In this document: positions 1 through 10,979 of the stretch, in pieces
How positions within the stretch are numbered: the stretch's first letter is position 1
Layout: every line of letters begins with the position of its first letter
Origin: Chloroflexota bacterium
GTDB lineage: Bacteria; Chloroflexota; UBA11872; VXNJ01
Direction: 5' to 3'
Assembly: GCA_965261345.1 (NCBI GenBank)
Contig: OZ253449.1
Span: 1,280,001-1,344,000 of the forward strand
Length of the DNA: 64,000 nucleotides
Made by a program: the position numbers and the translations under genes
Notes under the pieces: generated by a model
Told to the model about the DNA's origin: nothing
Seen by the model: the letters and a program-made list of their open reading frames with translations, nothing else
Databases searched by the model: none

Positions 1-2
1 TT

Positions 3-161
3 CCCGGCGGCAATGGCGGGCAAATCTGCAAAGAATTGGCCGAGCAAAAGATCTATCTCTCGGGCACCCAGGATGGCGGTATCAGGATCTCGCCGCACAT
101 TTACAACACCGAAGACGAAATCGCGCGATCGCTCGACGCCGTCGCGGTGGCGCTGGGCTAA
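3..161 (+). CDS. 3' end of a class V PLP aminotransferase / cysteine desulfurase-like protein (truncated by the window edge)
   Basis: Frame from position 3 reads ...GGIRISPHIYNTEDEIARSLDAVAVALG*; R-x-S-x-H-x-YNT-x-x-E is the typical C-terminal motif of this family. Confidence 0.75.
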   Translation, partial: PGGNGGQICKELAEQKIYLSGTQDGGIRISPHIYNTEDEIARSLDAVAVALG

Positions 162-174
162 CCGCACCGGACCC

Positions 175-591
175 GTGCAACCGGGCAAATCGGCATCGGC
201 CACGATCACCGAACTGGCGCTTGCCCTAATCGTCATCACGGTGCTGCTGCTGGCGCTCTGGTATCTGCTGCTCCGAGACCGCGCGTCCGAGCTACCCAAC
301 CAGACACTCCAGGACAGCGTCGGGATGGTCAATGCCGAACAGGATACAGCCCAAAACGCGCTGCGCCAGCTGAACCTCACCGGCACCCCCACCGCGGTGC
401 CCACGCCCAGCCCGCTGCCAACGGTCGAGCCAACCGCCACGCTCCCGCGCTTCCATTCGGTGATCGCCGGGGAGACCTTAAGCGCGATCGCTGACCTCTA
501 TGGTGTGCCGTGGGAGGAACTGGCCGCATTCAACGGGATCACCGACCCGCGCTCGCTCCAAATCGGCCAAGAGCTCAAGATTCCCAGCTAG
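175..591 (+). CDS. Membrane-anchored LysM domain protein
   Basis: GTG start inferred; N-terminal hydrophobic helix, PT-rich linker, C-terminal HSVIAGETLSAIADLYGV...NGITDPRSLQIGQELKIP (LysM). Confidence 0.85.
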   Translation: MQPGKSASATITELALALIVITVLLLALWYLLLRDRASELPNQTLQDSVGMVNAEQDTAQNALRQLNLTGTPTAVPTPSPLPTVEPTATLPRFHSVIAGETLSAIADLYGVPWEELAAFNGITDPRSLQIGQELKIPS

Positions 592-691
592 GCCGGGCTC
601 CATTCGCTTGACCGCCAGGTCCTAGGGGTCTAGGATCCACGCCCGCCCGCCGCCGCTTCGCTACGGCGCGTTCCTGGTTTCGGTCGTTGCG

Positions 692-1801
692 ATGTGGGCC
701 AGCCTCTATCTGTATGTGCCGGCTTTTGCAGTGTTTGCCGAACAGCAGGGCGCCTCGCTGGCGATGGTCGGGGTGATCTGGTCGTCCTACGGCGTCGTGC
801 AGGGGATCCTGCGGATCCCCACCGGCTATTTCTCCGACCGGTTGGGGCGCCGCCTGCCGTTTATCGTCATCGGGGTCGGGGTCACCGCGCTCGGTTCGCT
901 GCTCATGGCCCTGTTTCCGAACCCGCTGGTGCTGACCATCGGCCGGGGCCTGCACGGCTTCGGGGCGACCGCCTTTGTTGTGCAGGCGGTCTACTTTGCC
1001 AGCTTCTTCCCGCCCGAACGGGTCACCGGGGCGCTGTTGAAGATGAACGCAATGACCGCGCTAACCCAGCTTTCGGTCTCACTGATCGGTGGGCAGATGG
1101 CGATGCACTTCGGCCAACTGTCCACGTTCTGGGGGTCGGCAGTGCTGGGGGCGATCTCGGTTGCCGCGATGTTCGTTGCCGGCGAACAGCACATCGCCCG
1201 GCGCGCCAATTTCGACTTTTCAAGCTTCAAATCGATTTTTGCCAACCGCACCCTGCTGCTGGCCTCTGGCACCGCGGCGCTGCTGGTCTTTGGCGAATTC
1301 GGCATCACCCAGACTTACATGTTGCTGCTGGCCGACCGCCTGGGGGCCGATTCAGGGTTCCTGGGGCTGCTCACGGCGCTCAATTACCTCGCAGTCGGCG
1401 TGGTGGCGCTGGTTTTGGCCCAATTTGCAAATTATTCGGAACGAACGGTGGTCATATATGGCCTCATCGTCTCGGGCATCGCGCTGACATTGATGCCGTT
1501 GGTGGGTGGACTGGTCGGGCTGACCGTGCTTGCACTGATTAAGGGCACGGCCCGCGGGGCGATGATGCCGTCGCTGATGGGGCTCTCGCTCAAGTCGGTC
1601 GAGCCGGACTCTCGGGCATCGGCGATGGGCATCTTCCAAGCAACCTACGCGATCGGGATGTTCGGCGGTCCGCTGACCACTGGAATAATCGGCCAGATCG
1701 CCGGATTGACGGCTCCTTTCTATGTTGTGGGGATCGCGACAGGGCTCTCGACGATTGCAGCGGTCGTGCTTTTTCCGCGCCCAAAAACCCGCATGATTTG
1801 A
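692..1801 (+). CDS. MFS transporter
   Basis: About 12 hydrophobic segments; motif A GYFSDRLGRR; true start may lie slightly upstream. Confidence 0.85.
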   Translation: MWASLYLYVPAFAVFAEQQGASLAMVGVIWSSYGVVQGILRIPTGYFSDRLGRRLPFIVIGVGVTALGSLLMALFPNPLVLTIGRGLHGFGATAFVVQAVYFASFFPPERVTGALLKMNAMTALTQLSVSLIGGQMAMHFGQLSTFWGSAVLGAISVAAMFVAGEQHIARRANFDFSSFKSIFANRTLLLASGTAALLVFGEFGITQTYMLLLADRLGADSGFLGLLTALNYLAVGVVALVLAQFANYSERTVVIYGLIVSGIALTLMPLVGGLVGLTVLALIKGTARGAMMPSLMGLSLKSVEPDSRASAMGIFQATYAIGMFGGPLTTGIIGQIAGLTAPFYVVGIATGLSTIAAVVLFPRPKTRMI

Positions 1802-1844
1802 GCTGGCGACCGGCCGGCAAATTAGACTGGTCTTCGCTTTTCAG

Positions 1845-2354
1845 ATGGTCGCCCCAGCGGCCGATTCATGTTGTCCGGAACTGAGATTGGTGCGTCGCAA
1901 GCAAAAAAAACGAGGCTACTCCGAGATCGATCGCGGCCCTTTGGGGGCAGCGATTTTTCAGACCCGCAAACAGCGCCGGCTGACACAGATGGAGCTGGCC
2001 AACCGCCTGGGCCGCAATCGGCCCTGGGTCTCCAACGTGGAAACCGGCAAGGTCAAGATCCTCAACGAAGAGGATCTGGTCGGCCTATCGGCGGTCTTGA
2101 GAATTAGCATCTCATCGCTGCGGGCCGCCCACGATTTGACCGCCGCCACCCAGGTTGTGAGCGCCCCGGGCTATACGATCCTGCAATCGAACCGAAATTG
2201 CACGAACTGTCACCACGTGGTGGAACCGGATGCAGGCTTTTGCACTCATTGCGGTTCCGGCCAGCCGATGCAGATCAACTGCCCAGCCTGCGCCAGGCCG
2301 AACAACCCGGGCGCCCGTTTCTGCGCGCGCTGCGGGTCGCAGCTACAGGGCTAA
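1845..2354 (+). CDS. XRE-family HTH protein with C-terminal double zinc ribbon
   Basis: LTQMELANRLGRNRPWVSNVETG (HTH_3) plus four CxxC pairs (CTNC, CTHC, CPAC, CARC). Confidence 0.8.
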   Translation: MVAPAADSCCPELRLVRRKQKKRGYSEIDRGPLGAAIFQTRKQRRLTQMELANRLGRNRPWVSNVETGKVKILNEEDLVGLSAVLRISISSLRAAHDLTAATQVVSAPGYTILQSNRNCTNCHHVVEPDAGFCTHCGSGQPMQINCPACARPNNPGARFCARCGSQLQG

Positions 2355-2588
2355 CCACCGGGTCCCAACCCGGGCAGCCGGCGGTCGCGCGACCGGTCCG
2401 AACTTTAAGGCTCAATGCCGCCGTAGCGGGGTGATTTTGGCGGAACGCGAAGCCGGCCGTCTTTCGGCCCGATCTATCCGATCGCCAATCCGGTTTCGGC
2501 CTGGTGGTCAAGACCGGGGCCGGCCAGCGCGTAACTGGATCGGCCGCCGATCCAATCTAGAGGGGCGTTGGCTCCAGATTCTTAAGGG

Positions 2589-2912
2589 TTAGGCGACCCG
2601 GTCCAGGCTGGATTTGATCTTGGCTTCGGGCACGTAGCCGACGATTCGGTCGACCTCGACACCACCCTTGATAAACAACAGAGTCGGTATCCCGCGCACG
2701 CCGAAGTGGGTTGCGTATTGAGTGTTTTGGTCGGTATCGACCTTGACGAACTTGACCCGATCGGAGTACTCGCCGGCCAGCTTTTCAAAGACTGGCGCCA
2801 TCATCTTGCAGGGCCCACACCACTCGGCCCAAAAATCGATGATCACCGGGTTTTCCGATTCGATCACTTGGGATTGAAATTCTGCGTCGGCGACGTGGAA
2901 ATAAGCAGCCAT
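2589..2912 (-). CDS. trxA: Thioredoxin
   Basis: DFWAEWCGPCK active site, 107 aa. Confidence 0.95.
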   Translation of the reverse strand: MAAYFHVADAEFQSQVIESENPVIIDFWAEWCGPCKMMAPVFEKLAGEYSDRVKFVKVDTDQNTQYATHFGVRGIPTLLFIKGGVEVDRIVGYVPEAKIKSSLDRVA

Positions 2913-2962
2913 CGGCCTATCGTCCTTTGGGTTTTGGGTTGGCTCAGATTACCTGCGCGATG

Positions 2963-5635
2963 TTAGCCGACGACGATATTGAGCAAGCGTCCGGGAACAT
3001 GGATCACCTTGCGCACGGTTTTGGCATCGATGTGGGCTTGCACATTGGGCAGCGCCAGGGCGGCCTCCAGGACGTCCGCCTCCTCCAAGTCGACCGCAAC
3101 TTGCAGGCGCTCTCGGACCCGGCCATTGACCTGAACCGCCACGGTGATTGATTCCCGAACGAGCAGCTTGGGATCGGCCTGCGGCCACTCGACCCGGACG
3201 ATGCTGTCGCAGTTGCCCAACCGGTGCCAGAGCTCCTCGGCCAGGTGCGGCGCCACCGGCGCGATCAGGCGCACCAGGATGTCCTTGATCTCCGCCCCAA
3301 CCGCCGATTGGTCCAGCTCGGTAGACCAGATCTGGGTCAGCTCGTTTACCGGCTCCATCAGCCCGTTGGCCAGCATGGTGTTAAAGCGCAGCCGCTCGAT
3401 ATCGTCCGAACACTTGGCAATCGCCCGGTGGGCGATCTGCCTGGCCTTTTCCTGCGCCTGCGCCAACGGCAATCGAGGGGTCTTGGGCGTCTCCAGAGTA
3501 TTGGTGACCAATCGCCAGAACCGGCGATAGAAGCGGGTTATGCCGTTGAGCCCGCTCTCACTCCAGGGCAGTGTGCCTTCCAGCGGAGCCATAAATAGCT
3601 CATAGCCGCGCAGCGCGTCGGCGCCGTAGCGTTCCACCACGCTATCGGGCGATACCACGTTGCCCATCGACTTGGACATCTTGCCCGATCGAATCGGCGC
3701 CCAGTCATCGACCGGGTCGCCGAGCAGCTCGAACTCGGCCTTGCTGGGGGCGTGGTAGAGAAAGTCGCGCGAATCGCCAGACGGGCTCGAGTACACATCG
3801 AATCCGTCGGGGTTGCGGGCCGAAACCCGCCCACCGGCCAATCGCGCCTGTTCCAGATTGACCCAACCGTCCTCGGCCAACATCATTCCCTGGTGGCGCA
3901 GCGCCTTGAACGGCTCCGAGCTCGGAACATATCCGGCATCGTAGAGGACCTTGTTCCAAAAGCGGGCGTAGAGCAGGTGCATCACCGAGTGCTCGGCCCC
4001 ACCGACATATAGATCGACCGGCATCCAGCGCTTGCCGGCTTCGGCCTCGACCGGCCCGCCGTCGTAGTCGGGGGTGATAAATCGCAGGAAGTACCAGGAG
4101 GAACAGGCAAATCCACCCAGCGTGTCGGTCTCGCGGCGCGCCGGACCCGAGCATTGCGGACACTCCGTCTCCACCCAGTCGCGGGCTCGCTCCAGCGGTG
4201 ACCCCAACTCCGGATCGGGCTTAAAGTCGGCCAGTGGCGGCAGGGTGACCGGGAGCTCGCCCTCGGGTATTGGAACCTGGCCGCAATCCCGGCAGTGGAC
4301 GATCGGGATCGGGCAGCCCCAGTACCGCTGCCTGGAAATGAGCCAGTCGCGCAGGCGGTAATTTACCTCGGCCTGGCCGCGCCCCTGTTCGGATAGGAAA
4401 TTGGTAACGATCGCGATCGCCTCAAGCGAATCCAATCCGTTATGGATCCCCGAATTGATCAGCCGGCCCTCGCCGATGTAGGCCTCATCCAGCGGTTCCC
4501 CGTCCCAGTCGGGCGGCTCGATGACCACCACGATCTGCAGGCCGAATTTCGTGGCGAAGTCAAAATCCCGCTGATCGTGGGCCGGCACCGCCATGATCGC
4601 TCCCGATCCATAACCGGCCAAAACGTAGTCGGCCACCCAGATCGGGATGCGCTGTTGGTTGACCGGATTGATCGCGTAGCTGCCGGTAAAGACGCCGGTC
4701 TTTTCGCGATCGGTGGCTGAGCGTTCGATCTCCGAACTTCGCAGCGCCTGATCCACATAGGCTGCGACCTCGGCTTGCTGAGCAGGCGTTGTCAACGTTG
4801 CAAGTTCTGGGTGTTCGGGTGCCAGGACCATGAAGGTGGCCCCGTAAAGCGTGTCCGGCCGCGTCGTGTAGACGCTAAGTTCCGGCCCTGATTCGGTTCG
4901 AAAATCCACGTTGGCGCCGGTCGAGCGGCCGATCCAGTTGACCTGCATCCGCTTGGTTGATTCGGGCCAGTCGACCTGGTCCAGGTCGGAAAGTAAGCGA
5001 TCGGCATAGGCGCGTATCCGGAAGAACCACTGCCGCAGCGGTTTGCGGTAGACGTTGGAGTGTCCGCGCCAGTCGCGCCCGTCGGCCAGAACTTCCTCGT
5101 CGGCTAGGGCTCCACAGGTGTCACACCACCATTGCCGCTTTTCGGCTCGGTACGCTAGGCCGCGCTCAAACAGTTTTAGGAAGATCCACTGGGTCCAGCG
5201 ATAGTAGTCAGGATGCGATGAATTGATCTCCCGGTCCCAGTCGTAGCCGCACCCCACCAATTTGAGTTGCCGCTTGTAATTTGCGGCGTACTCGACTATC
5301 GATTCAGCCGGATGGCGACCCTTGTCGATCGCGTCCTGTTCAGCCGGCAGCCCGAACGCGTCCCAGCCCATCGGGTGGAGGACCTCAAACCCGCGCATCC
5401 GTTTGTAGCGCGCGAACGCGTCAACTGGAATGTAGTTGCGAAAGTGCCCGACCGAGAGGCCATCACCTGATGGGTATGGAAAAAATTCAAGCGCGTAATA
5501 CGGCGGTTTGTCCGAATAGGTGTCGGTACGGTAAACGCCGCCGGCTTCCCAGTCGCGTTGCCACTTCGACTCGATCTTGGCAAATTGATATTCGTCGAAA
5601 TCGGATTGGCCGGAGGCCTGGATTTGAGTGGGCAT
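2963..5635 (-). CDS. leuS: Leucine--tRNA ligase
   Basis: FPYPSGDGLSVGH, GWDAFGLPAE, editing-domain TTRPDT, DWLISRQRYWG, KMSKS, C-terminal VQVNGRVR; ATG at 5635 preferred over the longer ORF-track start. Confidence 0.95.
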   Translation of the reverse strand: MPTQIQASGQSDFDEYQFAKIESKWQRDWEAGGVYRTDTYSDKPPYYALEFFPYPSGDGLSVGHFRNYIPVDAFARYKRMRGFEVLHPMGWDAFGLPAEQDAIDKGRHPAESIVEYAANYKRQLKLVGCGYDWDREINSSHPDYYRWTQWIFLKLFERGLAYRAEKRQWWCDTCGALADEEVLADGRDWRGHSNVYRKPLRQWFFRIRAYADRLLSDLDQVDWPESTKRMQVNWIGRSTGANVDFRTESGPELSVYTTRPDTLYGATFMVLAPEHPELATLTTPAQQAEVAAYVDQALRSSEIERSATDREKTGVFTGSYAINPVNQQRIPIWVADYVLAGYGSGAIMAVPAHDQRDFDFATKFGLQIVVVIEPPDWDGEPLDEAYIGEGRLINSGIHNGLDSLEAIAIVTNFLSEQGRGQAEVNYRLRDWLISRQRYWGCPIPIVHCRDCGQVPIPEGELPVTLPPLADFKPDPELGSPLERARDWVETECPQCSGPARRETDTLGGFACSSWYFLRFITPDYDGGPVEAEAGKRWMPVDLYVGGAEHSVMHLLYARFWNKVLYDAGYVPSSEPFKALRHQGMMLAEDGWVNLEQARLAGGRVSARNPDGFDVYSSPSGDSRDFLYHAPSKAEFELLGDPVDDWAPIRSGKMSKSMGNVVSPDSVVERYGADALRGYELFMAPLEGTLPWSESGLNGITRFYRRFWRLVTNTLETPKTPRLPLAQAQEKARQIAHRAIAKCSDDIERLRFNTMLANGLMEPVNELTQIWSTELDQSAVGAEIKDILVRLIAPVAPHLAEELWHRLGNCDSIVRVEWPQADPKLLVRESITVAVQVNGRVRERLQVAVDLEEADVLEAALALPNVQAHIDAKTVRKVIHVPGRLLNIVVG

Positions 5636-6390
5636 TAAGGAAATACGGTAGATATCTAGTGGCGGCGACGCTTCGGCCGGGCGCTTGCAAATATCAACGA
5701 TGATTTTTCGATGAAATCGGCAATTTGCGTTGATATTGGGGATTTCGATTCGGCACTGCAATTGTCCAATCTCCGCCGACGCGCTCGAACAAGGCCAGTA
5801 ACGCCCACCCCGGCGCCGGCGGGGCCATCGGGCTCGGACGGCCGGTGGCGCAATCTCGCCGCGGTCGGTGGGTCTGCCGGGCGGGCAGCCGGGTATCCGG
5901 TTCGCAGCAGAAGACCGCCAACCGCGATCCCGGCCCCGCAACAATGTCGAATTTGGTCGCGAGACGGGTTTCGTCGCCGACCACGACCAGCCTGTGCAAC
6001 CGAGGGTTCATCTCCCGCAATCTGTCCCTTGCGCCCTCGGGTCAACGGTTGGGCGCCGATGTTCGTCCTGCTGGCGACCAACTCGGTGCCCGCTGGTCGA
6101 GCAGCCAAACCTGCAGCGAATGTGAAACTTGATACCGTTTGGCACCGCCGGTGATCGAGATCAGATGCGACCAATTGTTGAGGCGATGAGTGTGGGTGGG
6201 ATTAGCCGCTTGCCCGGGTTGTACCAAACACATCCATCAATTCGGAGTCAACCGGGACGACGTAGGCCCGCAATTTCCCTTTCACCCTGGCAATTTGTGA
6301 CTTTGAGCACTCCCCCGTGTCGTGATAACCGGGTAGAAACTCATTGTTTGCGTGGTCCAATACTGCAGATTTGTGCCGAGGAGGACAGCG

Positions 6391-6855
6391 ATGGCAAAGA
6401 CCGTATATCTCGCAAACCCGTACGGATTTTCAGCCCAGCAGAAGAGGGCGCTGCTTCCGCCGATAGTTTCGGCGCTGGAGGAGCTGGGACTGGAGGTATG
6501 GGAGCCATTCGCTCGAAATAACCAGGGAGATTTCCTCGAGAGCGGATGGGCACACCAAGTCGGGCAGCGAGATTTTGAGGACGTGAAGAATTCGGACGCC
6601 ATCTTTGCCGTGGTCAACGGCGTTCCTCCCGACGAGGGCGTAATGGTGGAGCTGGGCATGGCAATTGCATCGGGTAAGCCGACGTTCCTGTTCCGGGACG
6701 ATATCCGCCGTGTTGCCGACAGCGACTCGTACCCGCTAAACCTCATGCTGTTCACCGGCTTGCCGCTCGAAGGTTGGGAGGAGTACTACTACACCTCAAT
6801 AGAGGAAATCTCCTCGCCCGAAAAAGCGCTGGCTCGCTGGGCCACCCAACCGTAA
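6391..6855 (+). CDS. Nucleoside 2-deoxyribosyltransferase-like protein
   Basis: VYLANPYGFS...DEGVMVELGMAIASGKP; GAGGA ribosome-binding site before ATG 6391. Confidence 0.85.
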   Translation: MAKTVYLANPYGFSAQQKRALLPPIVSALEELGLEVWEPFARNNQGDFLESGWAHQVGQRDFEDVKNSDAIFAVVNGVPPDEGVMVELGMAIASGKPTFLFRDDIRRVADSDSYPLNLMLFTGLPLEGWEEYYYTSIEEISSPEKALARWATQP

Positions 6856-7268
6856 CCGCTCCTGGTTGGGGCCGAATCGGGAGCGACCTCCGTATTTAGC
6901 AGTTAAGGGATGGCGCTGTCGGTCACGCCCTTCTGCCTTCCTTGCGGTGCGACTCAACAAGCCCTCTCGGGCCAGGATCTTGAATTTTTCCGGCCGAGTT
7001 GCAGCGCGAAATCCTGGTGCTGTGAGGTCAATCCCCACTTAGACGGTCAATATCCAGCCCGGTCGGTCGTACTCACCTTCAGCGGCCTGAATTCGGGCCG
7101 GTCCGGTCTGACAGAATTTTCAAAGTTGCTGGGCAGCGGCAATTGCTCCGCGTCGGTCGCAATAAGCCTCAGCAATTCGACTAACCACCCCATCTCGGTC
7201 GACATCGCCGGCGCGACCGCCAGCCACGGGAGCAAGGCGCAATCGCAACCCAACGGGGTTCGGGCCGT

Positions 7269-8435
7269 TTGCGCGACCGCCCATTCGTCACCTTCAACGC
7301 CTGCCTCATGCTCTCAATGGGCGGGTGGATACCAGTATTGACGCTGCTGGCGATATACATGCGCGAGCATCTGGGCGCCAGCGTGATCGCGGCGATGACC
7401 ACCATATTGATAATCCAGGTTATTTCCACCGGGATGAGCCTGTTTGCCGGTTCATTCGCGGACCGCTGGGGCGGACGCCGGACCTACCTGGTTGGCGTCG
7501 CCGGGATGACGCTCTTTGCGGGGTTGTTGGGCGCAGTCAAGGAGAGCTGGCAGGTTATCGCACTGGCGCCGCTGGCGGGTCTGGTCGTTCCGTTCTACTG
7601 GACCGGAGTTAGCACCTATCTGTTGCAGGCGGTCTCCCCCGGGCGACGCGGCGCCGGGGCGGGCACCCTTGCCTTCATCACGTTCCTGGCGCCGGGCATT
7701 ACCGGTCCCATCTTGACCTTCTTTGGCCAGTCCATCGGGATATGGTTTACGGTGCTGGGCGGGGCCTTTTTGCTGGCTCTGGCCGGGCTGACGGCGGCGC
7801 GACTCTTGCCAGATCTAACCAAAGCCAACGCACGCCCGACGGGCGGGACCCAATTTGCATATTCCGACTATCCACGTTTTCTAACCGACCGCCACAACCT
7901 GGTAGCGGCCCTGGCCCGTTTGATGTCGGGGGCATCCTTTGGGCTGTTCCAACTGCTCTCGGCCCTGGTGCTGTTGGACCTGACCGGAGAGCTCTCGTCG
8001 GTGGGCCTGTTTCTGACCGCCGGCGCTCTCGGCGGCGGCGCCTCGCAGATCCTCATCGGCGCGCTGTCGGATCGGATCGGGCGCCGCAACCTGTTAATTG
8101 CCACCAAATTGGTCGGGGCTACAGCGGCCTTGCTCTTCTGGCGCGGAGATGTCCTGCCGGCGCTGCTGCTCGGGTCGGCGATGCAGTTTTTCGCGCAAGC
8201 CGCTTTCCAGACGCTGATTACGGCTGTCGCTGGCGATTTGGTCAAACCCCGCGACATCCCTGCCATATCAGGGTTGCATACAAGCATGTTTGCGTTCGGC
8301 ATGGTCATCGGGGCCCTGACCGGAGGACTGGTCTGGCAGGTGGACGGGCGGCTCCCGTTTCTATTTATCGGCCTGGGTTTTCTACCTGTGGCGGCCAGCC
8401 TTTTCGTGCTACCGCGCAAGACTCTAAACGTTTAA
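7269..8435 (+). CDS. MFS transporter
   Basis: Multi-TM protein; GSFADRWGGRR and GALSDRIGRR motifs. Confidence 0.85.
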   Translation: MRDRPFVTFNACLMLSMGGWIPVLTLLAIYMREHLGASVIAAMTTILIIQVISTGMSLFAGSFADRWGGRRTYLVGVAGMTLFAGLLGAVKESWQVIALAPLAGLVVPFYWTGVSTYLLQAVSPGRRGAGAGTLAFITFLAPGITGPILTFFGQSIGIWFTVLGGAFLLALAGLTAARLLPDLTKANARPTGGTQFAYSDYPRFLTDRHNLVAALARLMSGASFGLFQLLSALVLLDLTGELSSVGLFLTAGALGGGASQILIGALSDRIGRRNLLIATKLVGATAALLFWRGDVLPALLLGSAMQFFAQAAFQTLITAVAGDLVKPRDIPAISGLHTSMFAFGMVIGALTGGLVWQVDGRLPFLFIGLGFLPVAASLFVLPRKTLNV

Positions 8436-8619
8436 TGCCGGTAGCTAACTGCTTCATTCGGCGCGAAAGACTTCCTTACCGCGACTGACCGCCCGGACGG
8501 ATGTTGACGATCATGGCGGTCGCCAAACCAGGCCCGGTAGGGCCGGATGGGGATGACACTTTGGAACTGGGGGCTGGAGTCCAGGCGGTTGGATTCCTCC
8601 AACTCAAGGATTACAGCAG

Positions 8620-9864
8620 GTGACCGAACCCCGCGACCCCTCGCCCGCAACGGAGTCGACTCCAATTCCGCCGCGGGTATCGGATCTGGCAAGCGGACTG
8701 CGTGGCCGCCCGTTCATCGTTCTAAATCTTTGCTTTTCGCTCTCGGTTGGCGGCTGGACGCCGATGTATGCCCTGCTGGCGATCATCATGCGCGATCATC
8801 TGGGCGCCGGGGTCTTGGCGGCCATGACCGCATTCGTGGTCAGCCACACCATTGCGACTGGTGTGAGCCTGTATGCCGGCTCCTTTGCCTCCACTTGGGG
8901 TAGCCGCCGCGCTTATCTGGTGGGGGTTGGCGGCTTGGTACTGTTTGCCGCTCTCCTGAGCGTGGCAAACGAGGGCTGGCAGGTAATCGCGCTGGCGCCC
9001 TTGATCGGATTGATGATGCCGTTCCACTGGACCGGCGTCAACACCTACCTTTTGCAGGCAGTAAATGCCCGACGGCGTGGCACTGCGACCGGTATTTCGG
9101 CTTTTGTGATGGTGCTCGCCCCTGGCGTGTTTGGCCCGATACTGACGAACCTGGGCGAAGCGGTTGGAATCTGGGCGACGATATTGGCCGCGGCCGCGAT
9201 AATGGCCCTGGCTGGCCTGGGCGCGTGGCGCTTCCTGCCCGATCTGGGTCCGGCCGAACCGATCTCGGGGAAGGCACTGCGTCCGTCGTTCGCGGCCTAT
9301 CCGCGCCTCCTGGCCGGGTATGCGAATCGAATCATCGCCGGCGCGCGCTTGGTCGCCGGGATTTCGTTTGGTCTCTTCCAGTTGCTGTCGGCATTGGTGC
9401 TATTGGACTTAACCGGCGAGCTATCGTCGGTCGGCTTCTACCTGGCCGCCGGCGCAATCGGAGGCGGAGCGTCACAGGTGATCATCGGAGCTGCCTCGGA
9501 CCGCTTCGGGCGTCGCAACCTGTTGGTACTTGCAATGTTGGTCGGCGCCGGCGCGGCGTTCCTCTTCTGGGGTGGCGGCACCCTTGGCTTGCTGCTGGTC
9601 GCCGCCACCATGCAATGGTTTGCCCAGAGCGCATTCCAGACCCTGATAACGGCAATCAACGGTGATCTGGTTGCCGCTCGCGACGTGCCCGCGGTCTCCG
9701 GCTTGCACGTGGGCATTTTTTCGTTCGGATTGATGCTTGGCTCGCTGCTCGGCGGGACGCTTTGGCAATTTGGATCGGGACTGCCGTTCATGATCGCCGG
9801 GTTGTGTTTCATTCCCGTGATCGTCAGCCTATTTTTCCTGCCGCAGCGAACCCTGGCTCGTTAG
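8620..9864 (+). CDS. MFS transporter, tandem paralog of 7269-8435
   Basis: Shares long stretches with the upstream gene (SFGLFQLLSALVLLDLTGELSSVG); ASDRFGRR motif. Confidence 0.85.
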   Translation: MTEPRDPSPATESTPIPPRVSDLASGLRGRPFIVLNLCFSLSVGGWTPMYALLAIIMRDHLGAGVLAAMTAFVVSHTIATGVSLYAGSFASTWGSRRAYLVGVGGLVLFAALLSVANEGWQVIALAPLIGLMMPFHWTGVNTYLLQAVNARRRGTATGISAFVMVLAPGVFGPILTNLGEAVGIWATILAAAAIMALAGLGAWRFLPDLGPAEPISGKALRPSFAAYPRLLAGYANRIIAGARLVAGISFGLFQLLSALVLLDLTGELSSVGFYLAAGAIGGGASQVIIGAASDRFGRRNLLVLAMLVGAGAAFLFWGGGTLGLLLVAATMQWFAQSAFQTLITAINGDLVAARDVPAVSGLHVGIFSFGLMLGSLLGGTLWQFGSGLPFMIAGLCFIPVIVSLFFLPQRTLAR

Positions 9865-10496
9865 CTCCGGACCGCGGCTGGAGATCGCCGGCGAATTTTG
9901 TGGGGAACGCCGAGCAGGCCACCGACTCAATCTGACGACCGTGATTGAATCTTGGCAGCGGATGGCGCCAAACGCTGACTTGGCTCCGCATCAGATGCTC
10001 CTCGGTCGAATTGAGAAGCATCAGGGGTTACAGGTTTCGGCAAGGGTCCGGCGGGCAACGCAGTTGCCCGCCGGGAAAACCTCGAGCTACTTCGCGTTTA
10101 CCGTGATCCGAACTCGCGCGAAGATCAGGTCGTCCACGTGAACCACCCCTCTAGCCAGTGGCGGCCCACCACAACTCGAATATGCTTGTCCTCAAGGAGC
10201 AACCCAGTGGACTGGAGCCGGTGGTTACGGTCGAAATCAGCGAAGAAGACCGAATTGTTTTGTTCTGGCCACGCGGAATGTTTTACCCGACCTTGCTCCA
10301 ATCAACCCGCCGGGTGGTTCGCATCAGCATGCTTTAGCACCATCTGGATCGACGCCAATCAATAACATGAACGCCGAGCGCAGCGGCGTTTGCGCTGCCC
10401 GATTTCCATCCGCGCGACGCGGCGATTTCCAGGGGTTGGAAAAAGATCCAAGTTGGCGCTGTCGCCCGGTGCAGATTCGCTCTCAGGAGGGCAGCG

Positions 10497-10979
10497 GTGG
10501 CAAAAACCGTCTATCTTGCAAACCCATACGGCATGTCCGCCCAGCAAAAGTAATTACTCTTGCGGCCGATCGTTGCGCAATTGGAGGCGCTCGGATTGGG
10601 GGTGTAGGAGCCGTTTAAACGAAACAATCAATTTGAATTCATTGATTTCCATGACGAGGGATGGGCGTACCAGGTTGGCCAGCGTGACTTTGCGGACGTG
10701 CAAAACGCGAACGCAACGTTCGCTGTGGTGAACGGGTGCCCGCCTGCCGAAGGCGTCATGATCGAGGTGGGGATGGCGATCGCGCTAAGGAAGCCGATAT
10801 TCCTATTTCGGGATGATATTCGGCGTGTTTCCGACACCGCCAAGTACCCGATCAACCTCATGATTTTCATCGGGTTGCCCGAGCACGGTTGCGAGGAACA
10901 TTACTACACTGCAGTCGAAGAAATTTCCTCACCGCATAAAACGTTGGCTCTCTGGGCCGCTGATATGTCGTCGGATTGA
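10497..10979 (+). pseudogene. Degraded paralog of the nucleoside 2-deoxyribosyltransferase-like gene
   Basis: VAKTVYLANPYG... is collinear with 6391-6855 but has in-frame TAA at 10551 and TAG at 10605 (TGG in the paralog). Confidence 0.85.

Noticed and set aside
5636-6350. T-box riboswitch upstream of leuS; long overlapping ORFs
   Set aside because: No T-box consensus found on the leuS strand; the ORFs look like GC-rich shadow frames, including the N-terminal extension of the 993-aa ORF
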